Source: Alcanivorax sp. (GTDB lineage Bacteria > Pseudomonadota > Gammaproteobacteria > Pseudomonadales > Alcanivoracaceae). From it: DNA of 61,915 nucleotides. Positions within the stretch are counted from its first letter, which is position 1. Each line of letters begins with the position of its first letter. Under the pieces are notes generated by a model. It ran no database searches. It was not told the origin of the DNA and saw nothing but the letters and a program-made list of their open reading frames with translations. The translations under genes were made by a program, and so were the position numbers. Below are positions 9,884 to 19,500 of this stretch, one piece after another. The stretch spans positions 1-61,915 of the forward strand of contig NZ_JBNPEC010000007.1 in assembly GCF_051117345.1 (NCBI RefSeq). Reading direction: 5' to 3'.

Positions 9884-10834
9884 ATGACCGTGACAACCCC
9901 GGAGTTACCCCGCAATCTCAGCGCCGGCCCCCAGCAGCAACTGGCCGACATCGTCGGCCGCTGGGCTGACGGCAGCGGCATGAGCCCCACTGCCATCGGC
10001 GGCGTGGAGCTGTACCGTTCCGACGGGCTGACGGCGTGCGGTTCAACGGTCTATGAACCCTCGCTGATTTTTATTCTGCAGGGCACCAAGACCATTCAGC
10101 TCGGCGACCGCGAAATTGTCTACGGCCCCATGAGCTACCTGGCCAGTTCCGTGCATCTGCCAGTACAGGGGCAGATCGTCGATGCCTGCAAGGATCGCCC
10201 CTATCTGGCTGCCAAGATTACCGTGGACCCGCAGGAAGTGACCGATCTGGTACTGGAACTGGGCGACAAGGTGGCCAGCTTCGACCCGGACAGCCCCTGC
10301 CCGGAAATCAGTTGCGGCCTGTGTATGTCCTACATGGACGAACGCATGCAGGGCGCCCTGTATCGACTGTTGAGCCTGCTGGATTCCCCGGACGATATTC
10401 AGGTGCTGGCACCGCTGGCACGCCGGGAAATCATCTACCGGGCACTGATTGGCGAGATGGGCCCGCGCATGCGCAAGTTCGTGGCTGCGGACTCCCAGGC
10501 CAACCGGATTTCCCGGGTGATCTCCACCCTGCGCGGCCGTTACACCGAACCATTGCGAGTGAAGGAACTGGCAGAAGAAGCCAACATGAGCGAGTCCACC
10601 CTGTTTCACAGCTTCAAGCAGGTCACCCGCATGTCGCCACTGCAGTTCCAGAAAAAACTGCGCCTCTACGAAGCCCGGCGCCTGATGCTCACCGAAGGCC
10701 TGGAAGCGGCCACCGCCAGCTACCGGGTAGGCTACGAAAGCCCCTCCCATTTCAGCCGCGAATACAGCCGCATGTTCGGCGCCCCACCGAAAGCGGATGT
10801 GTTGAAGTTGCGGGGAGAGCAGATAAGCGCGTAG
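9884..10834 (+). CDS. AraC family regulator with AraC_N domain (YqhC/CmrA-like)
   Basis: VYEPSLIFILQG.K, MSPLQFQKKLRL.EARRLM, VGYESPSHFSREYSRMFG; RBS AGGAGG before ATG 9884. Confidence 0.92.
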   Translation: MTVTTPELPRNLSAGPQQQLADIVGRWADGSGMSPTAIGGVELYRSDGLTACGSTVYEPSLIFILQGTKTIQLGDREIVYGPMSYLASSVHLPVQGQIVDACKDRPYLAAKITVDPQEVTDLVLELGDKVASFDPDSPCPEISCGLCMSYMDERMQGALYRLLSLLDSPDDIQVLAPLARREIIYRALIGEMGPRMRKFVAADSQANRISRVISTLRGRYTEPLRVKELAEEANMSESTLFHSFKQVTRMSPLQFQKKLRLYEARRLMLTEGLEAATASYRVGYESPSHFSREYSRMFGAPPKADVLKLRGEQISA

Positions 10835-10838
10835 GGGC

Positions 10839-10946
10839 AATTGATAATTGAGAATGGATAACTACGCGGCAAACGTTTTCTTGGATGCAACGATAGAGGC
10901 CGCGCCCAGTGGTTGGGCGCGGCCTCTATCGTCTGGATCTAGAAAA
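10839..10946. repeat. heptamer-flanked hairpin element, copy A
   Basis: AATTGAT-AATTGAG-AATGGAT-AACTACG array, then core ACGATAGAGGCCGCGCCCA-gtggt-TGGGCGCGGCCTCTATCGT (10890-10932). Confidence 0.75.
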
Positions 10947-10972
10947 TAGTATCCCGCTAGCCAGGAAGCTCA

Positions 10973-11794
10973 TTACTGTATTGATTGATGGCTTTTTTCG
11001 TCTAGCGGCAGGAACGTCACTTGCCGGAAACTGGCTTCTGACAAATCCAGCTCCGTGCCGGTAGTTGCCAGTAATACGGCGAAGCGAAGCAATCCCGTAT
11101 CACCCTGCATCTGTAACTCATAAGACTGGGGCAACCCGGCATCGGATAGCCCGGTTTTTTGCTGCAACATATTCCTCCAGTCGTCGGGCATCAGCGGCGA
11201 CTCCAACAGCTCCTTGAGTAGCTCGTGTAGCGCATCATCATGCGGCTGCACCAGCTGTTCGCGCAAAAGCCTGAAAATTGTCTGGCGACCTATCAACGAG
11301 CCATTGGCGACGTAAGAGCACAACCCCTCCTTGTGATAAAAGAGTCTAGCCAGATTACGGGGTTTACCTTTTGCCATGTCAGACCAGACGGTTACCGGGT
11401 CGACAAACTGTCCGATCAACCGCTCGAACCCCGCATTGTGGTCAACCATATCCCAGGCTCTGTCCACCACCACACAGGGCACCGGATTAATGGCATCCAG
11501 CAGTGCCTTCAATGCCGCACGCAGTCCTTCTTCATCCTGGCGGATACCTGTTTCAAGCTGTGGGAGGGGCGCATGGCCGGCAGCCAGCAACATACGATTT
11601 GTTTCCAGGCGGGCGACCCCTAAATACTCGGACAGGCACAAGACCATCGCGCGTGTCGGGTGCGCCTTCCCGGTTTCCAGAAAGCTCAGGTAGCGCTGGG
11701 AAACGCCGGAGAATTCCGCCAGCTTGAACTGACTCAAAGCACGAGCCTTACGCCAGGTACGCAAAAGATCACCGTATCCATTCATCTCAGGCAT
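10973..11794 (-). CDS. XRE-family HTH regulator with MmyB-like ligand-binding domain
   Basis: YGDLLRTWRKARALSQ..LA..SGVSQRYLSFLETGKA.P; LLAAG.AP; P.P.VVVDRAWD.V..N. Start uncertain (11785/11794/11827). Confidence 0.85.
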   Translation of the reverse strand: MPEMNGYGDLLRTWRKARALSQFKLAEFSGVSQRYLSFLETGKAHPTRAMVLCLSEYLGVARLETNRMLLAAGHAPLPQLETGIRQDEEGLRAALKALLDAINPVPCVVVDRAWDMVDHNAGFERLIGQFVDPVTVWSDMAKGKPRNLARLFYHKEGLCSYVANGSLIGRQTIFRLLREQLVQPHDDALHELLKELLESPLMPDDWRNMLQQKTGLSDAGLPQSYELQMQGDTGLLRFAVLLATTGTELDLSEASFRQVTFLPLDEKSHQSIQ

Positions 11795-11819
11795 CCTATC
11801 GTGCTTACACCGATTTTCT

Positions 11820-11836
11820 ATGACCAACCAGGTAAT
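11820..11836. promoter_or_regulatory. putative operator of the XRE/MmyB regulator
   Basis: Imperfect dyad ATGACC-aacca-GGTAAT in the short divergent intergenic region. Confidence 0.4.
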
Positions 11837-11892
11837 AGGCCTGGCCGAAAGACCGCTCTATTGTGCACCGAAACCTGACAGGAATCGGCAAA

Positions 11893-12744
11893 ATGCGTGC
11901 TTTCCAACCTGGATACCTGATCACCATCATGATGACAACGTTTGCAGCGCAAATCCTCTTTTGCCTGCTTGTGGCTCGGGAAGGCGGGATCACCCAGGTC
12001 CCCTTTCTCGTATTCGGTCTATGCCAGATTATTCCCGGCATTATTGTCCTGACCGCTACCGGGAGTTACCGCCGTCAGCTGCTGGGCTTATTCAAGAAAC
12101 CGGCCTTTAAACTGGTGATCGCCTTGAGCCTGCTGGCAACCTTTGCGGTGCTATCCGCTATTACCCTGGCCTACATCAACGGTAACACTCGCCCACTGGA
12201 GGGCTTTACCGGGCACTATGCACTCAAAGACTGGCTCCCTGCCCCCTTCCTTGGCCTTCCCAATTACTTCCTGTATCTGCTGTGCCTGGCGCCGTTGTTG
12301 CATCTTTTCAATGCGACCACAGAAGAAATCATGTGGCGTGGCTATTTGCTTGATGCCCTGCGAAACCGCCTTTCAACCGGCGTCTCCATCTTCGCGAGCG
12401 GTCTTATTTGGGGTGCCTGGCATATTCCCATGGTCGTTATGCTTGATTGGGTGTTCCCTGATCAGCCTGTGGTTGGCAGCCTGATGTTCACCGCCTCTCT
12501 CGCCTGTTGGGGCAGCATCATGGCCTGGTCCCGTGTAGCGGCCAGAAGCCTGTGGCCAGCCATCATGATGCACGCATTTTTCAATGCATTAACCATCGGC
12601 CTGTATAACCCGCTAGCCCAACCCAACGCCTTCCTTATCAGCAACCACTGGGGCGTTGCCGGGATACTCATCGCTCTGTCTACCCTGCTGTTGATACACC
12701 TCTTCTATCCACGCAAGCAGGCCAGCATACAAGGTGCATCGTGA
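11893..12744 (+). CDS. CPBP/Abi (CAAX-like) intramembrane metalloprotease
   Basis: EEIMWRGY, WGAWHIP, MHAFFN motifs; multiple TM segments. Confidence 0.9.
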   Translation: MRAFQPGYLITIMMTTFAAQILFCLLVAREGGITQVPFLVFGLCQIIPGIIVLTATGSYRRQLLGLFKKPAFKLVIALSLLATFAVLSAITLAYINGNTRPLEGFTGHYALKDWLPAPFLGLPNYFLYLLCLAPLLHLFNATTEEIMWRGYLLDALRNRLSTGVSIFASGLIWGAWHIPMVVMLDWVFPDQPVVGSLMFTASLACWGSIMAWSRVAARSLWPAIMMHAFFNALTIGLYNPLAQPNAFLISNHWGVAGILIALSTLLLIHLFYPRKQASIQGAS

Positions 12745-13685
12745 TGTTATTTCTTTATCTCATTCTTGGCGTTCTATTACTGACAGCGGCATTTTTGATG
12801 AACAGGGATTTGCCCAGAGAGACAATCATTGAACGCCACCGTTCGCCGGAAAGCCGATTTATCAAACTGCCCAACGGAGCCCATGTGCATTATCAGGACC
12901 AGGGTAATCCGGATGGCCCCACCATCATCCTGATTCATGGATTCATGGCCTCATTGTTTGATTTTGATAAGTGGCAACCTTTTCTTGGGAAGGAGTTCCG
13001 CGTTGTGCGCCTGGACATGCCAGGCATGGGCCTTACCGGTTCCTATCCAGAGATTGATCATTCACTGTCAGGCCGCGCCAAATTCCTCAAGGAATTTCTG
13101 GACGCAATCCATGTAGAACACGTTCATGTAGTGGGGCACTCTCTGGGAGGGGCAACGGCCTGGATATTCGCGCTGATGTACCCGCAATCCACCGCCTCGC
13201 TAACACTCATTGCTGCTGCCGGCTTTAATCAGTCTGCAGAACCGCGTCTCAAACCACTGGGCTTCCGTTTAGCGGAAACACCCGTCATTCGATTCATTGT
13301 CAGATGCACAGGCTCCAGATCATTGGTGAGGCAGGCCTTGTCGCAACTGGTCGACAACCAGAATGTGATACACGAACAATGGATAGACAGGGCGTTTGAA
13401 ATGAGCCGCATGGCAGATAACAGGGCCAGCATTCTCGCACTTCGTCCTTTCAAACCACCCTATGACGCCCTGGCCAAGCTGGGCAGCATAGCCGTTCCCA
13501 CCTTGATCATGTGGGGGCAGAATGACTATCTTATTCCAGTACGGCACGCCCATCTTTTCAAGAATGAAATCAAGAACGCGGAACTCGTGACCTATCCCGG
13601 AGTGGGGCATTATCCGCAAATTGAGCAGCCGGAAGACTCCGCCAGGACATTAAGTCATTTTTTTGCCAACACGCCGGAGTCCTGA
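12741..13685 (+). CDS. alpha/beta hydrolase with N-terminal membrane anchor
   Basis: IHGF oxyanion motif, DMPGMG, GHSLGG nucleophile, WGQND, GHYPQ; start overlaps the upstream stop. Confidence 0.9.
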   Translation: MMLFLYLILGVLLLTAAFLMNRDLPRETIIERHRSPESRFIKLPNGAHVHYQDQGNPDGPTIILIHGFMASLFDFDKWQPFLGKEFRVVRLDMPGMGLTGSYPEIDHSLSGRAKFLKEFLDAIHVEHVHVVGHSLGGATAWIFALMYPQSTASLTLIAAAGFNQSAEPRLKPLGFRLAETPVIRFIVRCTGSRSLVRQALSQLVDNQNVIHEQWIDRAFEMSRMADNRASILALRPFKPPYDALAKLGSIAVPTLIMWGQNDYLIPVRHAHLFKNEIKNAELVTYPGVGHYPQIEQPEDSARTLSHFFANTPES

Positions 13686-13690
13686 CCGAT

Positions 13691-14050
13691 ATGTTCTACC
13701 AGGCAATCTTTATGGGCATTGTTATTGGAAGCATCGGCGAACTCCTGGCGTCCCGGCTTTCACTCTGGAAATATAAATCCCCATGGCTGGCCATTGGCAA
13801 TATCGTGGTCATGTTCGGGATTTTCTGTGGCGGTATCGCGCTTATCTTCGACAGTCATATCGCCCGTTTTACAGCAGGCTTCACGTTCGGTCTGATTTAT
13901 GAGGTACTGAACAGCAGCGTCCTCCATGCCTGGAGTTTTTCCTCTGGCAGGTTGCGCTCGATCAACATCAGCACGCTGGTGATTGTGCTCGCCGTAGCGT
14001 GGGGAACAGTGCCATTACTGATCAGCCACATCATTGAAATCACCGTCTGA
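13691..14050 (+). CDS. hypothetical 4-TM membrane protein
   Basis: 119-aa hydrophobic ORF 5 nt after the hydrolase stop; internal repeat E.....L.LW.Y / E.......AW.F. Confidence 0.65.
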   Translation: MFYQAIFMGIVIGSIGELLASRLSLWKYKSPWLAIGNIVVMFGIFCGGIALIFDSHIARFTAGFTFGLIYEVLNSSVLHAWSFSSGRLRSINISTLVIVLAVAWGTVPLLISHIIEITV

Positions 14051-14076
14051 TCTCGTGGATTCACAGCCACCGCCAA

Positions 14077-14115
14077 GACATTAATCACGCCCATCCGTTG
14101 GGCGTGATTAATGTC
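14077..14115. terminator. hairpin between convergent genes, probable bidirectional terminator
   Basis: GACATTAATCACGCCCA-tccgt-TGGGCGTGATTAATGTC perfect 17-bp stem. Confidence 0.7.
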
Positions 14116-14156
14116 GTTTGGATTTAAAAAACAGTATTGCGCGATCTTTAACTACT

Positions 14157-14924
14157 TTAACTTTTGAGTCGATACCCGGTTTTGAATATCCACCACACCA
14201 GCCCGATACAAATGGCCAGGAAGAACAGGGTCATCCCGATGCTGATGCCGATGTGTACGTCAGCACTGCCGAAGAAGCTGTAGCGGAAACCACTGATCAG
14301 GTAGACCACAGGGTTGAAGAGGGTCACGGTTTGCCAGAACGGTGGCAACATGTCGATGGAGTAGAAACTGCCGCCCAGGAAGGTCAGCGGGGTGATGATC
14401 ATCAGCGGAATAATCTGCAACTTCTCAAAGGTATCTGCCCAGATACCAATGATAAAACCAAACAGACTGAAGGTAATCGCGGTGAGCAGCAGAAAACTGA
14501 TCATCATGAACGGGTGCTGCACCTCGTAGTCCACAAACAGCCTGGCGGTAATAAGGATCAGTATTCCCAGGATGGTGGATTTGGTAGCGGCTGCCCCCAC
14601 ATAACCAATGACGATCTCCACATAGGAAACCGGTGCCGACAACACTTCATAAATGGTGCCGGAAAAGGTGGGCATATAGATGCCGAACGAGGCATTGGAA
14701 ATGCTCTGTGTCATCAGCGACAGCATGATCAGGCCGGGAATAATGAAGGCCCCATAGCTGACCCCATCGATTTCCACCATGCGCGAACCGATGGCTGAAC
14801 CGAACACCACAAAATACAGGGAGGTGGAGATTACCGGCGACGCCACGCTCTGCATCAGGGTGCGCCAGGTCCGCGCCATTTCAAATTTGTAGATGGCACG
14901 AATGGAGTACATGTTCAATTTCAT
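14157..14924 (-). CDS. yadH: ABC-2 type permease (YadH-like)
   Basis: [39 protein letters not shown]...[13 protein letters not shown]. Confidence 0.85.
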   Translation of the reverse strand: MKLNMYSIRAIYKFEMARTWRTLMQSVASPVISTSLYFVVFGSAIGSRMVEIDGVSYGAFIIPGLIMLSLMTQSISNASFGIYMPTFSGTIYEVLSAPVSYVEIVIGYVGAAATKSTILGILILITARLFVDYEVQHPFMMISFLLLTAITFSLFGFIIGIWADTFEKLQIIPLMIITPLTFLGGSFYSIDMLPPFWQTVTLFNPVVYLISGFRYSFFGSADVHIGISIGMTLFFLAICIGLVWWIFKTGYRLKS

Positions 14925-15886
14925 CAGACCTCTCCGGCTGAACTAGCGTTGGCAGCGGCAGGCTGGCCGTTGTGGACCAGATCCACAAAAATATCTTCCA
15001 GTGAGCTTTGCCGGGAATGCAGATCCTTGAACTCGATACCGGCAGCATTCAGTGCCCGCAGCAACTCGGCGATGCCGGTGGTTTCCTGGTTGGCATCGTA
15101 GGTGTAGACCAGCCCGTAACCGTCTTCCGACAGCGCCAGGGCGTCGTCATCCAGCGTGGCCGGCAGGCTTTGCAGTGGCTCGGCCAGGTGGACGGTGAGC
15201 TGCTTGCGGCCCAGCTTCTGCATCAGACGGGCCTTGTCATCCACCAGGATAATCTCGCCTTCACGGATAATACCCACCCGGTCGGCCATTTCTTCGGCTT
15301 CTTCAATGTAGTGGGTGGTAAGAATGATGGTGACACCCTGCTCACGGAGCTGGCGCACCATTTCCCACATTTCCCGGCGCAGCTCCACATCCACCCCGGC
15401 AGTGGGCTCATCCAGAAACAGGATCTTGGGTTCGTGGGACAGGGCCTTGGCAATCATCACGCGCCGTTTCATGCCGCCGGACAGCATCATGATCTTGTTG
15501 TCCCGCTTGTCCCACAGAGACAGCACCTTCAGCACTTTTTCGATATGGGCATCGTTGCGGGGTTTGCCGAACAGGCCGCGACTGAAGCTCACGGTATCCC
15601 AGACGGTCTCGAAGGCATCAGTGGACAGCTCCTGGGGCACCAACCCGATGGCGCTGCGCGCTTCCCGGTAGTCACGAACGATGTCGTAACCGTCCGCCAG
15701 CACGGTGCCACTGGAAGGATTGACGATGCCACAGACGATGCTTATCAGGGTGGTCTTGCCGGCCCCGTTGGGGCCCAGCAGAGCAAAGATCTCTCCGGCG
15801 TGAATATCCAGATTGATGTTCTTCAAGGCCTGAAAGCCACCCTGATAGATCTTGTTCAGGTCTTTCACGGAAATGACAGCACTCAC
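14924..15886 (-). CDS. yadG: ABC transporter ATP-binding protein (YadG-like)
   Basis: [32 protein letters not shown]; GTG at 15886 follows AAGGAG (alternative ATG 15901). Confidence 0.88.
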   Translation of the reverse strand: MSAVISVKDLNKIYQGGFQALKNINLDIHAGEIFALLGPNGAGKTTLISIVCGIVNPSSGTVLADGYDIVRDYREARSAIGLVPQELSTDAFETVWDTVSFSRGLFGKPRNDAHIEKVLKVLSLWDKRDNKIMMLSGGMKRRVMIAKALSHEPKILFLDEPTAGVDVELRREMWEMVRQLREQGVTIILTTHYIEEAEEMADRVGIIREGEIILVDDKARLMQKLGRKQLTVHLAEPLQSLPATLDDDALALSEDGYGLVYTYDANQETTGIAELLRALNAAGIEFKDLHSRQSSLEDIFVDLVHNGQPAAANASSAGEV

Positions 15887-15911
15887 CAGTTTCTCCTTCA
15901 TTGGACCTGCC

Positions 15912-15972
15912 AGGGAGCCTCTGAATAGAGCCTTGCGTACTCAGCATGCAAGGCTTTATTCAGAGGCTCCCT
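15912..15972. repeat. miniature inverted repeat in the yadG leader
   Basis: 25-bp arms AGGGAGCCTCTGAATAGAGCCTTGC / GCAAGGCTTTATTCAGAGGCTCCCT with one mismatch and an 11-nt loop. Confidence 0.75.
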
Positions 15973-16029
15973 CAGGCCGACACATTATGCCCGAAATAGC
16001 ACCCTCTCGCTGGCATCAACGACCAGAAT

Positions 16030-16065
16030 TTGACAGCATAAGACCTCAAGTTAGATTAAGGTCAA
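16030..16065. promoter_or_regulatory. overlapping divergent soxR / yadG promoters with sox box (16044-16061)
   Basis: Minus: TTGACC-19 bp-TATGCT. Plus: TTGACA-16 bp-TAGATT. Dyad CCTCAAGTTAGATTAAGG is 15/18 to consensus. Confidence 0.85.
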
Positions 16066-16087
16066 CCGACATAGCAAAGGAATCCCC

Positions 16088-16537
16088 ATGACGCTGACCT
16101 GTGCAGACGACATCTTCAAGGCCCTCACCGTGGGAGAGGTCGCCGAACGCAGCGGCGTAGCCGTTTCCGCCCTGCATTTCTATGAGAAGAAGGGCCTGAT
16201 CCAGAGCTCGCGCAGCGCCGGCAATCAGCGCCGCTACCATCGTGATGTATTACGCCGAGTCGCCGTCATCAAGGTAGCCCAGCGCATCGGTATCCCGCTG
16301 GTGGAAATTGCCGAGGCCCTGGCCGAACTACCCGATGGCCGCAGCCCCACTGCCCGCGACTGGAAGCGCATGTCGGCAAAATGGCGCGGGCACCTGGACG
16401 AGCGCATCAATGACCTGACTGTGCTGCGCGACCAGCTCAATGAGTGTATCGGCTGCGGCTGCCTGTCCATCAAGGCCTGCCGGCTGCGCAATCCCTTTGA
16501 CACCCTGTCCGAGAAAGGCCCGGGGCCACATTTCTAG
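16088..16537 (+). CDS. soxR: redox-sensitive transcriptional activator SoxR
   Basis: [27 protein letters not shown], [2Fe-2S] motif [12 protein letters not shown]. Confidence 0.97.
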   Translation: MTLTCADDIFKALTVGEVAERSGVAVSALHFYEKKGLIQSSRSAGNQRRYHRDVLRRVAVIKVAQRIGIPLVEIAEALAELPDGRSPTARDWKRMSAKWRGHLDERINDLTVLRDQLNECIGCGCLSIKACRLRNPFDTLSEKGPGPHF

Positions 16538-16659
16538 GGGCTTTTGCGCTTTCAGAGCCGCCGCCGGCAGCCCTTCCGACCTTGGTCGGCATTCATTTTG
16601 CCATCTGCAGCGGGCACAATGTGATTCCTGCAAGACCCTTTCCGCAATCAGGAGGCAGT

Positions 16660-17679
16660 ATGAACAAGAACACCGTAACCGTTATTCCCGGCGACGGAAT
16701 CGGACCGGATATCGTGGATGCCACGGTACGGGTACTGAAAGCTCTGGATTGCGGACTCGAATTCGAATACGCCATTGCCGGCCAGACAGCGCTGGATAAA
16801 GGACTGGAGCTGGTACCGGAAGAAACGCTGGCCGTGCTCCGACGCAACCGCCTGGCCCTGAAAGGCCCCATCACCACACCGGTAGGCGGCGGTTTCACCT
16901 CGGTAAACGTGACCCTGCGCAAGACTTTCGACCTGTTCGCCAATGTGCGCCCGGCCCTGTCCATTCCCGGGGTGAAATCCCGTTATGACAACGTGGACAT
17001 CATGACCGTGCGTGAAAACATCGAAGGCATCTATTCCGGCCTGGGCCAGACCGTCAGCGACGATGGCGAAACCGCCGAGCTGCGCAGCCGTATCACCCGC
17101 ACCGAATCCGAGCGCCTGCTGCGCTTTGCCTATGAAACAGCCGTAAAACAGGGCCGCAAGAAGGTCACTGTGGTGCACAAGGCCAACATCATGAAGTCCA
17201 CCTCGGGCCTGTTTCTCGACGTGGCCCGCAAGGTGCGCGAAGACTATCCGCAGCTTGAGCATGAAGAAATGATCGTGGACGCCTGCGCCATGCAGCTGGC
17301 CATGAATCCGCACCGCTTCGATGTGATCGTCACCACCAACCTGTTCGGCGACATCCTTTCCGACCTGTGTGCCGGCCTGATCGGCGGCCTGGGTGTAGCC
17401 CCCGGCGCCAACATCGGCGAGCATGGCGGCCTGTTCGAAGCGGTCCACGGCAGCGCCCCGGACATTGCCGGCCAGGGCATCGCCAACCCCACCGCCATCA
17501 TGCTGGCCGGCGCCCTAATGCTCGATTACATCGAAATGCACGACAAGGCCAAACAACTGCGCCGCACCGTGCGCCAGGTAGTGGGCGAAGGCGAGGTGGT
17601 CACACCGGACCTGGGTGGGCGCGCCAGCACCAGCGAGTTTACCGATGAGCTGGTGCGGAGGCTGGAGCAAAACAGTTAA
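16660..17679 (+). CDS. icd: isocitrate dehydrogenase, NAD-dependent type (IDH/IPMDH family)
   Basis: [58 protein letters not shown]; RBS AGGAGG before ATG 16660. Confidence 0.88.
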   Translation: MNKNTVTVIPGDGIGPDIVDATVRVLKALDCGLEFEYAIAGQTALDKGLELVPEETLAVLRRNRLALKGPITTPVGGGFTSVNVTLRKTFDLFANVRPALSIPGVKSRYDNVDIMTVRENIEGIYSGLGQTVSDDGETAELRSRITRTESERLLRFAYETAVKQGRKKVTVVHKANIMKSTSGLFLDVARKVREDYPQLEHEEMIVDACAMQLAMNPHRFDVIVTTNLFGDILSDLCAGLIGGLGVAPGANIGEHGGLFEAVHGSAPDIAGQGIANPTAIMLAGALMLDYIEMHDKAKQLRRTVRQVVGEGEVVTPDLGGRASTSEFTDELVRRLEQNS

Positions 17680-17793
17680 CAGTGAATGGTGAACAGTTCG
17701 CGGGGCAGGTTTTCCTGTCCTGAAATGCAAGAGGCCGCGCCCATGTATGGGTGCGGCCTCTTACGTTATGGGACAAAGAAAATTGAGGTGAAC
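17671..17793. repeat. heptamer-flanked hairpin element, copy B
   Basis: AACAGTT-AACAGTG-AATGGTG-AACAGTT, CGCG, then core AAGAGGCCGCGCCCAT-gt-ATGGGTGCGGCCTCTT. Confidence 0.8.
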
Positions 17794-18884
17794 TAGCGGT
17801 CAGCGCCTTGTTGGCGAGCTCGTTGTTGGCGTTCGTTCAGTCCCACCGCATCATTTTCCGGGAGCTCCCAGCCCTGCAGGTTCTCTTCAATTAGCTGGGT
17901 AAGGGCGTCCAGGTGGTCGGGTTCTGCATTCAGTGCCGGGATGTAGCCGAACGCTTCCCCACCGGCTTCCTCGAAGTAGCCGCGGTTTTCCACGTCGATT
18001 TCTTCCAGGGTTTCCAGGCAGTCGGAGGAAAAGCCCGGGCAAAACACCTGCACCGATTTCACGCCCTGCTCCGGCAGCGCCATGAGGGTGTGGTCGGTAT
18101 AGGGCTTGAGCCATTCCTCACGGCCGAAGCGGGACTGGAAGGTGGTGAGCCAGTCGTCATCACCCAGACCGAGACGCTCCGCCAGCAGGCGCGAGGTCTT
18201 GTGGCATTCGCAGAAGTAGGGGTCGCCATTGAGCAGGTATTTTTTCGGTATCCCGTGGTAGCTGAAAATCAGCTTGTCCGCTGTGCCGTGTTCAGCGCGG
18301 AATGCTTCGATGTGATTGGCCATGGCCTCGATGTAGGGCGGGTAATCCGGGTAGTGGCTGATAAAGCGCAGGTCCGGTAGCCAGCGGCGTTGCATGAAGT
18401 CCCTGGCAATGGCGTCGAAGGTAGAGGCATTGGTGGACGCCGAGTACTGCGGATACAGGGGTAGCACCACCAGCTTGCGCACGCCCGCCTCTTCCATGGC
18501 CTGTAACTGGCTGGCAATGGAAGGATTGCCGTAGCGCATGGCGAAGCGTACTTCGATGTCGTCACCGAACTTGTGCTGCAGACGCTCGCGTATGCCGGCG
18601 CACTGCGCCTGGGTGTGCACCATCAGCGGGGAACCCGCATCGGTCCAGACACTTTTATAGGCATGGGCAGAACGCGGTGGGCGGATCACCAGAATCACCA
18701 TGTGAAGGATGAAAAACCAGATCAGCCGGGGGACTTCCACCACCCGCGGGTCAGACAGGAATTCGCGGAGATAGCGCCGCAGGGCCCCGGTCTCCGGTGC
18801 ATCCGGCGTACCCAGATTGGTGACCAGCACGCCCAGTTTCTGCGCCTGGCGGTGATCAAAATTATTCTGCCCCTGATAAGCCAT
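17793..18884 (-). CDS. hemH: ferrochelatase
   Basis: NLGTPDAP, LREFLSDPRVVE, AMRYGNPS, PLYPQYS, FSYHGIP, FQSRFG, DCLETLEE. Confidence 0.97.
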   Translation of the reverse strand: MAYQGQNNFDHRQAQKLGVLVTNLGTPDAPETGALRRYLREFLSDPRVVEVPRLIWFFILHMVILVIRPPRSAHAYKSVWTDAGSPLMVHTQAQCAGIRERLQHKFGDDIEVRFAMRYGNPSIASQLQAMEEAGVRKLVVLPLYPQYSASTNASTFDAIARDFMQRRWLPDLRFISHYPDYPPYIEAMANHIEAFRAEHGTADKLIFSYHGIPKKYLLNGDPYFCECHKTSRLLAERLGLGDDDWLTTFQSRFGREEWLKPYTDHTLMALPEQGVKSVQVFCPGFSSDCLETLEEIDVENRGYFEEAGGEAFGYIPALNAEPDHLDALTQLIEENLQGWELPENDAVGLNERQQRARQQGADR

Positions 18885-18996
18885 CCATTCCTCGCTGCCG
18901 TTATGTTGGGGAGATCAGTGTGGCCGATAGTGTAGCGCTGCGGCGTCAAGGTGACATGCGTGTCATGACTATCAGTCTGATGATCGGAACCGGAAA

Positions 18997-19404
18997 TTAC
19001 AGGGTCTCTGCCAGCGGCCCCTGATGCTCGCTCAGTACCTGACGAAATTCATCGGGGATCGGTGCCGAGGCCTGCTTGTCGTGCTCGAAGTAGACCTGCA
19101 CGGCCTTGCCCCGGGCCACCAGTTTGCCGTTCTGCCAGGCCTGTTGGGCCACCACGAAGGAGCTGTTGCCGATTTTCTCGATGCCGGTACGCAGCTGCAC
19201 ATCACTGCCGTAATAAATCTGACCGACGAAATCCACTTCCACCCGGGCCAGAATCAGTGGCAGGGAGGCCGGATCATTCACGCCACCAAACAGCTGAAAC
19301 AGGGGCGCCCGCCCGGTTTCGAACCAGCCGGTGACCACGGTGTTGTTCACATGACCAAAGGCATCGGTTTCGTAAAAGCGGGGCGTGACGGTGAGTTCAA
19401 ACAT
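18997..19404 (-). CDS. acyl-CoA thioesterase (4HBT/YbgC hotdog family)
   Basis: PRFYETDAFGHVNN, IGNSSF motifs. Confidence 0.88.
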   Translation of the reverse strand: MFELTVTPRFYETDAFGHVNNTVVTGWFETGRAPLFQLFGGVNDPASLPLILARVEVDFVGQIYYGSDVQLRTGIEKIGNSSFVVAQQAWQNGKLVARGKAVQVYFEHDKQASAPIPDEFRQVLSEHQGPLAETL

Positions 19405-19500
19405 GGGAACGCTCTCATGGGGACTGCGGGGACGACATGATACCCGAGACGCCCCCCGGCCTGAATCTTTCAGCAGCACCCAGGCCGGCAAGCCGCCATC

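Noticed and set aside
11893-12744. CPBP/Abi gene as a phage abortive-infection system
   Set aside because: The Abi name of this protease family is historical; no defence-island context.
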